Source: an uncultured Holophagales bacterium (GTDB lineage Bacteria; Acidobacteriota; Thermoanaerobaculia; Multivoradales; UBA5704). Taken from it: DNA of 64,000 nucleotides. Location: positions 288,001-352,000 of the forward strand of contig CAWJGT010000034.1 of NCBI GenBank assembly GCA_963842525.1, read 5' to 3'. The notes beneath the pieces were generated by a model, which was not told the DNA's origin, made no database searches, and worked only from the letters and a program-made list of their open reading frames with translations. The position numbers were made by a program, and so were the translations under genes. Positions 9,801 through 19,200 of the stretch are shown piece by piece (positions within the stretch are counted from its first letter, which is position 1; the number at the start of each line of letters is the position of its first letter).

Positions 9801-12800
9801 GGCCGGCGACGACTTCTTCGCCCTGGGCGGCCACTCTCTGCTGGCCACTCGGCTCGTTTCCCGCATCCGCCAGGTCTTCGCAGTCGAGCTGTCAATGCGG
9901 GATGTGTTCCAGGCACCCACCCTCGCCGGCCTCGTCGCGGAGGTATCCGCCGCGCGCGGCATCGCCTCCGGCCGCTGGGTGCCGCCCCTCGTGCCGGTGG
10001 CTCGCATGCCTGGCACCGGGCTGCCGCTCTCCTTCGCCCAGCAGCGGCTCTGGTTCCTGCACCAGCTCGACCCGGAGAGCCCGTCCTACCACCTGCCCAT
10101 GGCCGTGCGGTTCCTCGGTCCCCTGGACCTGCCGGCGTTCGCCGCTGCGGTGCGCGAGGTCGTGCGGCGGCACGAGTCCCTGCGCACCCGCTTCCCGGCC
10201 GAGGATGGGAAGCCGGTCCAGGTGATCGAGCCGACGCCGGCCTCGCCGCTGGCCTGCATCGACCTGTCGGCGCTCTCGGAGGCACGGCGCGAGGCCGAGG
10301 CGCGGCGGATCACGGCAGCCGAGGCGGAGCGCCCCTTCGACCTGGCCGCGGGACCCCTGATCCGCCCGGCCGTGCTGCGGCTGGACGAGCGGAGCCACGT
10401 CCTGCTCGCCTGTCTGCACCACATCGTCTCCGACGGCTGGTCCCTCGGTGTCCTGGTGCGCGAGGTGGCGGCGCTCTACCAGGCGTTTCGCACGGGGACG
10501 GCGCCGGACCTTCCGGAGCTGCCTGTCCAGTACGCCGACTTCGCAGTCTGGCAGCGGAGCTGGCTGTCCGGCGAGGTGCTGGAGGCGGAGCTCGCCTGGT
10601 GGCGGGAGCGGCTGGCCGGAGCGCCGCCGCGTCTCGATCTCCCCACCGACCGCCCGCGGGGCCTCTCCGGCGGCTCCGGACGGCAGCCGCTCCGGCTCTC
10701 CGCCGGCCTCACGCAGCGCCTCGGAGACCGCGCGGGAGCCACGCCGTTCATGGTCCTGATGGCCGGCTTCCAGGCCCTGCTCGGCCGCTGGTGCAACCAG
10801 GACGACGTGCTCGCCGGAGCGCCGATCGCCAATCGCACGCGGGCGGAGATCGAGGGTCTGATCGGCTTCTTCGTCAATACCCTGGTGCTGCGCGCCGACC
10901 TCTCCGACGGGCCGTCGTTCCGCCGCCACCTGGAGCGTGTGCGCGAGGCGACGCTCGCCGCCGCGGACCACCAGGACGTTCCCTTCGAGCAGGTCGTCGA
11001 GGCCGTGCGGCCGGGGCGGGTACGTGGTGAGAACCCGCTCGTCCAGGCGCTGCTCGTGCTGCAGAACGCGCCCGTCGGGCCCCTGGACCTTCCGGACCTG
11101 GCGCTGCGTCCTGAGCCGGTCTCGTTCAGCGCGGCCAAACTGGATCTGACCCTGGAGCTGGCGGAGACTCCGGAGGGGATCGGCGGCGTCTGGCAGTACC
11201 GGGCCGACCTCTTCGACGCGGTCACCGTGGCGCGCCTGTCGCGGCACCTCGCCAACCTGCTGGCGGCGGCGGTGGAGACTCCTGAGCGGAGTGTGTCCGA
11301 GCTGCCGTTGCTCGACGAGGCCGAGGCGACCCAGCTCCTGGTGGAGTGGAACGACACGGCGGCAGGGTTGCCGGAGGGTCTCGTCCACGAAGTCGTCGCA
11401 CAGCGGGCGGCGGAGCGTCCGGACGCTGCGGCGCTTGTCTCTTCCGGCGGGAGCTGGACGTACAGCGAGCTGGACCGGCGGGCCAACGGCCTCGCCCGGC
11501 GCCTGCGCGGTCTCGGTATTGGAGATATTGGGCCGGAGCGGGTGGTGGCGATCTGCGCCGAGCGCTCGCCCGAGATGGTGCTCGCCCTGCTCGCCGTGCT
11601 CAAGGCGGGAGGCGCCTGGCTGCCTCTGGACCCCGCCTATCCGGCGGAACGCCTGCGCTTCATGTGGAAGGATGCCGGCCGGCCCCTCCTCCTGGCACCC
11701 GAGGGCCTGCTGGAGGGCCTGCCTGCCGAGGCACGCGAGCGCTGCCTCCCGTTGACCGTAGAAGAGGAAGACGTGGACGCGCCGAGCGCGCTGGAGACGG
11801 GCGTCGCTCCTGATCACTTGGCCTATGTGATCTATACGTCGGGCTCCACCGGACGGCCCAAGGGCACGCTCCTCACTCACGGCGGGCTGCGCAATACAAT
11901 CGCGGCCCTCATGCAGGCTTACCGGATCGACCGCGGCTCGCGCATGCTCCAGTTCTCGTCGTTCTCGTTCGACGCCTCCGTGGCCGAGATCTTCGGCGCC
12001 CTGGCCGCCGGGGCCGAGCTGCACCTGGCCGCGCCGCACGAGCTACTGCCCGGGCCCGACTTCGTCCGGCTGCTCCGCGAGCGGCGGATCACTGTCGCCA
12101 CCCTGCCGCCCTCCGCGCTGCTCGCCTCCCCTCCTGAGGAGCTGCCGGAGTTGGCGACCCTGGTGGTGGCGGGGGAGACCTGTCCGCCGGAGCTGGCGGT
12201 GACCTGGGGGCGCGGCAGGCATTTCGTGGATGCCTACGGTCCGACCGAGGCCACGATCGCGGCCAGCGCGGGAGCGGGCGCAGCGATCGGCCGGCCGCTC
12301 GCGAACGTCCGCATCCATCTCCTGGGAGCCGGCCTCCAGCCGGTGCCCATCGGTGCCGCTGGCGAGCTCTGGGTGGCGGGCGCCGGCCTAGCGCGGGGCT
12401 ATCTCGGCCGGCCCGATCTGACCGCGGACCGCTTCCGGCCCGATCCGTTCGCGACCTCTCCGGGCGAACGGCTCTACCGCACCGGCGACCTGGCGCGGCG
12501 GCGGCCGGACGGCGAGCTGGGCTTCCTGGGCCGCATCGACCACCAGGTCAAGGTGCGGGGATTCCGCGTCGAGCTTGGGGAGATCGAGGCGGCGCTGGTC
12601 CGCCATCCGGCCGTACACGCCGCGGCCGTGGCGGCGCACGCGGATCGGATCGCCGCATACGTGGTCCCGGCGGAAGGGTCGGAGGCGAGCGTCTCCGAGC
12701 TGCGCGGCTTCCTGCGGCGCGAGCTGCCGGACTACATGATCCCCGCGGCCTGGGTGACGCTGCCGGCTCTGCCGCTGACACCGGCAGGGAAGGTGGACCG

Positions 12801-13203
12801 CCGCGCCCTGCCCGCGCCGGGCACGGAGCGGCCCGACCTGGCCGCCGGCTACACGGCGCCGAGCGGCCCCGTCGAAGAGGTGCTGGCGGACCTCTGGTCT
12901 CGTCTCCTCGGGCTCGAACAGGTGGGTGCCCACGACGACTTCTTCGAGCTCGGCGGCCACTCGCTGCTGGCGACCCAGATGGTCTCGCGCATCCGCAAGG
13001 TGTTCAAGGTGGAGCTGCCGCTGCGCGACTTCTTCGGCCGGGCTACCGTGGCTTCCCTGGCCCGATGGCTCCAGGAGCACGAGGCGAAGCCCGGACAGGC
13101 CATGGCGATCGCGCACGCGGTGCTGAGGATCGCGGCCATGCCGGCCGCCAGCCTCCAGAGCGAGCTGGAGTCCCGGCGGGCGGAACGGAGGCTGGCGCCG
13201 TGA
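6823..13203 (+). CDS. NRPS: interface-like pseudo-C-A(Gln)-PCP-C-A(aromatic, Tyr/Phe-like?)-PCP
   Basis: AGAGGG at 6811-6816 precedes ATG 6823 (alternative start TTG 6817). The N-terminal C-fold has GFRLSPQQ and PALCADATS in place of HHxxxDG. A1 code DAWQFGLIDK (Gln). A2 code DAATVAAIAK (closest to Tyr/Phe codes, uncertain). Both PCPs have GGHS. Confidence 0.95.
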   Translation: MQQSVIQGFRLSPQQDRLWSLQGDGGELPYRATCVLRITGRLDVQALQAALGRVVERHEILRTTFRQAPGMEEPLQVIGESAAVRIERCELRGGSSAAREASVDALFLEASRLPLDIENGENGVLLRARLGCLAPDRHLLLLVLPALCADATSLENLAADLARCYAALCGGPAPGETAQYADIADWMNGMLATHEEVARRFWGSRDVFARLDTRLPLEREPAGTASFTPRSVPVEVASATVVGVAPELGATEEAVLLTAWQILLRRLTAWPETVVGVAFAGRKHAELRHALGLFTRHLPAPCAWGEEDCFAAAVRATAEALAELSGWQESFTWRRLAADGGAPFFPFAFEYTEGAAEHRHGDTIFSILRSQAQTDRFRVKLAGSRRGGTLTLELQYDESTFRREDAERLAGWYGALLESAAKCPGAATGDLGILTAEERREALVDLNRTEVEHPGAGRTLARLFAEQARRSPDAVAASFREQRITYGELKTRAERLARHLRGLGVAPEVRVALCVERSLDMVLGILGILEAGGAYVPIDPAYPEERRALMLEDARTPVLLTQERLAPGLEGLRAGARMVRLDADWPEIAAHNPRDGREEDLPENLPEHLAYVIYTSGSTGRPKGVMVSHRAIANRLLWKLRVFPLEPGDVVLQKTPYSFDASIWEIFVPLFAGARLAVAEPGGHQDPAYLLRALAEEQVTALQLVPSMLPVLLDQSGAEEAGRSLRGLFCGGEALAAEAVDRAFALLAGVVVRNLYGPTEASIDVASQPCEPGRWDGIVPIGRPIDNIRLYVLDPRGVAVPPGLTGELHIGGVNLARGYLGRPGLTAELFVPDAWSGLPGERLYRTGDLVRLSGAGLLEFLGRADGQVKLRGFRIELGEIEAALLRHPAVQEAAVLVREDAPGAARLVAYVAPGETAAGELRAFLTARLPEHMVPPVVVTLPALPRLPNGKLDRRALPAPDPAGLAGSHGPRTPAEELMATLWRDLLKVERVGAGDDFFALGGHSLLATRLVSRIRQVFAVELSMRDVFQAPTLAGLVAEVSAARGIASGRWVPPLVPVARMPGTGLPLSFAQQRLWFLHQLDPESPSYHLPMAVRFLGPLDLPAFAAAVREVVRRHESLRTRFPAEDGKPVQVIEPTPASPLACIDLSALSEARREAEARRITAAEAERPFDLAAGPLIRPAVLRLDERSHVLLACLHHIVSDGWSLGVLVREVAALYQAFRTGTAPDLPELPVQYADFAVWQRSWLSGEVLEAELAWWRERLAGAPPRLDLPTDRPRGLSGGSGRQPLRLSAGLTQRLGDRAGATPFMVLMAGFQALLGRWCNQDDVLAGAPIANRTRAEIEGLIGFFVNTLVLRADLSDGPSFRRHLERVREATLAAADHQDVPFEQVVEAVRPGRVRGENPLVQALLVLQNAPVGPLDLPDLALRPEPVSFSAAKLDLTLELAETPEGIGGVWQYRADLFDAVTVARLSRHLANLLAAAVETPERSVSELPLLDEAEATQLLVEWNDTAAGLPEGLVHEVVAQRAAERPDAAALVSSGGSWTYSELDRRANGLARRLRGLGIGDIGPERVVAICAERSPEMVLALLAVLKAGGAWLPLDPAYPAERLRFMWKDAGRPLLLAPEGLLEGLPAEARERCLPLTVEEEDVDAPSALETGVAPDHLAYVIYTSGSTGRPKGTLLTHGGLRNTIAALMQAYRIDRGSRMLQFSSFSFDASVAEIFGALAAGAELHLAAPHELLPGPDFVRLLRERRITVATLPPSALLASPPEELPELATLVVAGETCPPELAVTWGRGRHFVDAYGPTEATIAASAGAGAAIGRPLANVRIHLLGAGLQPVPIGAAGELWVAGAGLARGYLGRPDLTADRFRPDPFATSPGERLYRTGDLARRRPDGELGFLGRIDHQVKVRGFRVELGEIEAALVRHPAVHAAAVAAHADRIAAYVVPAEGSEASVSELRGFLRRELPDYMIPAAWVTLPALPLTPAGKVDRRALPAPGTERPDLAAGYTAPSGPVEEVLADLWSRLLGLEQVGAHDDFFELGGHSLLATQMVSRIRKVFKVELPLRDFFGRATVASLARWLQEHEAKPGQAMAIAHAVLRIAAMPAASLQSELESRRAERRLAP

Positions 13204-16200
13204 GCTGGGACCGGACGACCCCCGCGGATGTCTTCTCGGCCGAGGGCCTGGAGCTGCTCGACCTCCTGCTCGAGGAGCAGGGGATCGACACCGGCGCCGG
13301 CGCGGCGATCGGCCGGCGCGACGACCCGGCGGAGCTGCCGCTCTCCTTCGCCCAGCAGAGGCTCTGGTTCCTCGACCAATGGCGGCCCGGGACGCCGATC
13401 TACAACATCAGCGCGGCCTATCTGCTGGCCGGGCCGCTGGACCTCGCCGTCCTGGCGCGGAGCCTCGCCGAGGTCGTCCGCCGCCACGAGGTGCTGCGCT
13501 CCACGATCCGCACCGGCCCCGACGGCCGGCCGGTCCAGGCCCTGCACCCCGCCGGGCGCTTCGACCTGCCCCTGGTCGATCTGGACGGCCTTGCGCCCGC
13601 GGCGCGCCAGGCCGAGGCTGCACACCGGGTGGCGGCGGAGGCGCGCCGGCCGTTCGACCTGGCCGCCGGGCCGCTGCTGCGGGCTACGGCGCTCCGCCTG
13701 GCGCCGGACGAGCACGCCCTGCTCCTCACGCAGCACCACATCGTCTCCGACGGCTGGTCCATGGGGGTGCTGGTGCGCGAGGTCGCGTCGCTCTACGCCG
13801 CCTTCGCGGCGGGCCGGCCGTCTCCCCTGCCGGAGCTGCCCATCCAGTATGCCGACTTCGCGGCCTGGCAGCGGCGCCACCTCCAGGGCGAGGAGCTGGA
13901 GCGCCAGCTCTCCTGGTGGCGGCAGCACCTGGCCGGCGCTCCTTCCCTGCTGGAGCTGCCGGCGGACCGGCCGCGCCCGTCCGTCCAGGGGTCCGCCGGC
14001 GCCACGTTCTCCTTCTCGCTCCCCGGCGGGCTGCGTGACGCTCTCGACGCCCTGGCACAGCGCGAGGGGGCGACCCTGTTCATGGTCCTCCTCGCCGCCT
14101 TCGCGGCTCTGCTCCACCGCTGGACGGGGAGTGACGACCTCGTCGTGGGCTCGCCCGTTGCGAACCGGAACCGCGACGAGACCGAGGGCCTGATCGGCTT
14201 TTTCGTGAACACCCTGGCGCTGCGCGCCGGCATGGCGGACGATCCCCCGTTCCGCAGGCTGCTCGGCCGCGTCCGGGAGACGACCCTGGGCGCCTACGAC
14301 CACCAGGACATCCCCTTCGAGATGCTCGTCGACGAGCTGGGGCTGGAGCGGGAGCTGGCGTCACACGCCGCTCTTCCAGGTCGTGTTCTCGCTCCAGAAC
14401 GTGCCGGTGCCCGCGGTCGGCCTGCCGGGCGGGCTCTCCCTGCGGCCCCTGCCGGCCCACAGCGGCACCGCGAAATACGACCTCAACCTGTCCATGACCG
14501 AGACGCCGGAGGGGCTCGCCGGCTCGTTCGAGCACAGCACGGACCTCTTCGACCCGGCCACGATCGAGCGCCTGGCCGGTCACCTCCGCGTCCTCCTGGA
14601 GGGCATCGTGGAGGACCCGGACCTGCGGCTGTCGGCCCTGCCGCTGCTCACGCCGGACGAACGCGACCGGATCGCCGCCTGGAGCGCCGCGGGCCATCGC
14701 TGGACGGTCGCCGGCAACCTGCACGAGCGGTTTGCTGCCCAGGCAGCGCGGACGCCCGGAGCGCTCGCGGTCACGATGCGCGGCGGCGAGAGCCTCACCT
14801 ACCGCGAGCTGGCCGACCGCGCCTCCCGGCTGGCCCGGCACCTGCGCGCCCTCGGGGTCGGCCCCGAGTCGCGGGTGGGGCTCCTCGCCGAGCGCTCGCC
14901 CGCTCTGGTCGTGGGGATCCTCGGCGTCCTCGAAGCCGGCGGCGCCTACCTGCCCCTCGATCCGGCCCATCCCGACGAGCGACTGCTCTACATGCTGCGC
15001 GATGCTGGCGCAGGGCCGGTGGTGGTCGATCCTGCTCTCGCGGAGCGCGCCACGGCCCTGGATGGCGCGGCACGGCTGGTGCTGCTCGGGACGGACACGG
15101 ACAGCCACGGACTGCCACCGACTCGCACTGAGCCGGAGCACCCGGCCTATGTCATCTACACCTCGGGCTCGACTGGAAGGCCCAAGGGCGTGGTGGTCAC
15201 GCATGCCAACGTGCTGCGGCTGTTCGCGGCGACCGAGGGGTGGTTCGGCTTCGGCCCGCAGGACGTCTGGACCCTGTTCCACTCCTACGCCTTCGACTTC
15301 TCGGTATGGGAGATCTGGGGTGCCCTGCTCCATGGCGGCCGGCTTGTGGTTGTGCCGTACCTGGTGAGCCGTTCGCCCGAGGACTTCCACCGTCTCCTCG
15401 TGGAAGAGGGCGTGACGGTACTGAGCCAGACCCCTTCGGCATTCCGTCAGCTCGTACATGTGGAGGGCTCATCGCGCTTGGCGCTGCGCTCCGTAGTCTT
15501 CGGCGGCGAGGCGCTGGATCTCCCGGCACTGGCTCCCTGGTTCGAGCGCCATGGCGACCGCGAGCCGCGCCTCGTCAATATGTATGGCATCACCGAGACG
15601 ACGGTGCATGTCACCTACCGGGAGATCGGGCAGGCGGACACGGCGTCTCCCGGCAGCGTCATCGGCCGCGCGCTCCCGGACCTGTCGGTCCACCTGCTCG
15701 GGCGGCACGGCGCGCCGGTGCCGGTAGGTGTGCCCGGGGAGATCCACGTCGGCGGCGCGGGGCTGGCCCGCGGCTACCTGGGCCGTCCGGAGCTGACCGC
15801 CGAGCGCTTCGTGCCGGACCCCTTCTCGGGCTCGAACGGTGCCCGGCTCTACCGCAGCGGCGACCTGGCGCGCTGGCGGCCGGACGGGGACCTTGAGTAT
15901 CTGGGCCGTATCGACCAGCAGGTCAAGGTCCGCGGCTTCCGCATCGAGCTGGGGGAGATCGAAGCGGCTCTGGCCGGGCACCCGGGCGTGCGCGAGGCCG
16001 CGGTGCTCCAGGGGGACGACGGCCGGCTGACCGGCTACGTGGTGCCGCGGGAGGCGCCGCCGCGCCCGGCCGACCTGCGGAGCCATCTGGAGGAGCGCCT
16101 GCCGGACTACATGATCCCGGCGGGCTTCGTCCTGCTCGCGGCCCTGCCGCTGACCGCCAACGGCAAGCTCGACCGGCGGGCCCTCCTGGACCAGGCGCCG

Positions 16201-19200
16201 GAGGCCGCGGCGGCCCGGGGGGAGGACCATGCCGCGCCGCGCACGCCGGCCGAGGAGCTGCTGGCCGCCGTTTGGCAGCAGGTGCTGGGCCTCGACCAGG
16301 TCGGCATCCGTGACAACTTCTTCGCCCTCGGCGGCGACTCCATCCGCAGCATCCAGGTTCTTTCGCTGGCGCAGGAGCGCGGCCTGAGCCTCTCGGTCCA
16401 GGATATCTTCCAGCACCAGACGATCGCCGACCTGGCAGCCGCCCTGGCCGCGGCGGCGGAGGAAAAGGCGGCCGGCCCGGAGGACGGCGAGCCGCTGTGG
16501 GTCCTGTCCGACGAGGAGCGGAGCCGCCTGCCGCAGGACGTGGAGGATGCCTACCCCCTGACCGGCCTTCAGGCCGGCATGCTCTTCCACATGCGGCTGG
16601 CGCCGGGCGAGGCTCTCTACCACAACGTCAACAGTTGGCACCTCCAGGGGCAGCTCGATCTGGCGGCCCTCCAGGACGCGGTGGATCGGGTCGTGGCGCG
16701 GCACGCGGTGCTCCGCACGTCCTTCGACCTGAGCGCTCCCGCCGAGCCGCTCCAGCGCGTGCACCGCACGGCCGCGCTGCCGGTGGGCGGCGGCGATCTG
16801 CGACATCTCAACCCGGAGCAGCAGGAGGAGGCGATCGCAGACTACGTGCAGCGCGAGCGAAGGAGGCCGTTCGACTTTGCGCATCCGCCGCAGATCCGCT
16901 TCCACGTCCACCGGCGGAGCGACGACAGCTTCCAGTTCACCCTGACGGAGAACCACGCCATCTTCGACGGCTGGAGCCTCCACTCCACCCTGACGGAGAT
17001 CTTCCGCGACTACACGGCCAGGCTGCACGGCCAGCCGCTGCCGCCCGAGCCGCCGCCGGCCGTCGCGTTCCGCGATTTCGTGATGCTGGAGCGCGCCGCG
17101 CGCCGCGCAGAGGAGACGCGCGCCTTCTGGGCCCGCCAGGTGGCCGGCGCGCCGTTCGGCGGCCTGCCCCGCTGGCCGGTGGAGCGCGAGCGTGGCGGTA
17201 TGGGCACTGGAACGGGAACGGTGACCCGCGTTCTCGCGCCGGAGCTGGTGGCGCGCCTCAAGGCCGTGGCGCGGGAGGCCGCGGTGCCGTTCAAGAGCCT
17301 GCTGCTGGCCGTCCACGCCCGGGTGATGGCCGCGGCCAGCGGAGAGGAGGACGTGGTCACCGGCTTCGTGGTCAACGGCCGGCCCGAGTCCCGCGGCGGC
17401 GAGGAGGTGCGCGGCCTCTTTCTCAATTCCGTCCCGCTGCGGCCCGGCCTGGCGCGGGCGCGGAGCTGGCGGGAGCTGGTGCGCGCCGCCTTCGCGGCCG
17501 AGTGGGAGATGCTGCCCCACCGCCGCTATCCGCTGATCGCGATCCAGGACGACGCCGGCGGCCGTCCCCTGTTCGAGACCGCCTTCAACTACATCCATTT
17601 CCACGTGGCCGAAGCGATCTCCCGCCCCGGCGGGCTCGCCGTCCTCTCCAGCCGGCGCTCCGAGGGGAACAACCTCGTCCTGATGGTGAATTTCGACCAG
17701 ACCGCGACCGGCGCCGCCGGCCTCGTCCTCGGGCTGGACTATCACGCGGCCGAGCTGGCGCGCCCCCAGGTCGAAACCATCGCCGGGATGTTCCTGCGCG
17801 CCAGCACCGCCCTGGTGGAGGACCCGGACGCCGATGCCTTCGCCGCGAGCCTGCTGTCGGACGAGGAGCGCGAGCCGTTGGCGGCGTGGAGCGCCGCCGG
17901 GCCGTCGCCGCCCGTCTTCTGCCTGCACGACCGGTTCGCGGCCCGGGTGGCCGCAGACCCGGACGCCCCGGCGGTGACGTACGAAGGCGAGACGCTGAGC
18001 TACGGCGAGCTGAGCCGCCGGGCCGACCGGCTGGCGCAGGTGCTGTGCTCCTGGGGGATCGGCCCCGGCGAGCTGGTGGGGCTCTGCCTGGAACGCTCGG
18101 CAGAGCTGGTCGTGGCTATCCTCGGCGTGCTCAAGACGGGCGCCGCCTACATGCCTGTCGATCCGGACTACCCGGGTGAGCGCATCGCGCGGCTGCTGGA
18201 GGACAGCGGCGTGCCGGTGCTGCTGACGCGGACCTCCCTGGCGGAGCGCCTGCCGGCGCTCTCCTGCCGGCTTCTGCTGCTCGACCGTGAGCGGCCGGCG
18301 CGCGACCCCGTGCCGCTGCCGCGCGACCCCCTGCGGCTGCCGCACGACCCCCTGCCGCTGCCGCACGACCCCCTGCCGCTGCCGCACGACCCCCTGCCGC
18401 TGCCGCACGACCCCCTGCCGCTGCCGCACGACCCCGTGCCGCTGCCACACGACCCCGTGCGGCTGCCGCACGACCCCGCGCCGCTGCCGCACGACCCCGC
18501 GCCGCCGCCGCACGACCGTGAGCGCCTGCCGCTCGACCTCCCGCGCGCCCGGCCGGAGGACCCGGCGTACGTCATCTACACCTCGGGCTCGACGGGCACG
18601 CCCAAGGGTGTCGTGGTCTCCCATGCCAATGTGGCGCGGCTGTTCGCGGCCACCGACTCCTGGTTCGGCTTCGGGCGCGGCGACGTCTGGACCCTGTTCC
18701 ATTCGTGCGCCTTCGACTTCTCGGTCTGGGAAATCTGGGGCGCCCTGCTCTACGGCGGCCGGCTGGTGGTGGTCCCCTACTGGGTCAGCCGCTCGCCGAA
18801 GGCATTCTATGACCTGTTGCGGCGTGAGCGGGTGACGGTGCTCAACCAGACCCCCTCGGCCTTCCGCCAGCTCGTGTGGGCCGAGGAGGAGGCCCTCGGA
18901 GACCGGGAGCCCGACCTGGCGCTGCGCACCGTGATCTTCGGCGGCGAGGCACTGGATCTGGCGAGCCTCGCGCCCTGGTTTGCCCGCCACGGCGACCGCC
19001 GGCCCGAGCTGGTCAACATGTACGGCATCACGGAGACGACGATCCACGTGACGTACCGTCTGCTGCGCACTGAGGACGTCGAGGCGGCCCGCGGCAGCGT
19101 CATCGGCCGGGCGATTCCCGATCTTTCGCTGCACGTCCTCGATGCGGCCTTCCACCCGGCACCGATCGGCGTCCCCGGGGAGATCTGCGTCGGCGGCGCC

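Noticed and set aside
8088-11030. Long alternative-frame + strand ORFs rich in Arg/Pro/Gly/Ala (also 39421..42723, 42811..46395, 20232..22799 and 49346..51916)
   Set aside because: They are low-complexity off-frame translations fully overlapping well-supported domains.
13065-15131. ORF 13065..15131 as a standalone 688 aa gene
   Set aside because: Only 13200 to ~14360 is meaningful (a C domain); the rest is off-frame read-through after the frameshift.
18298-18528. Possible CRISPR array
   Set aside because: The 21-bp units are head-to-tail with no unique spacers, lie in frame within a CDS, and no cas genes are present.
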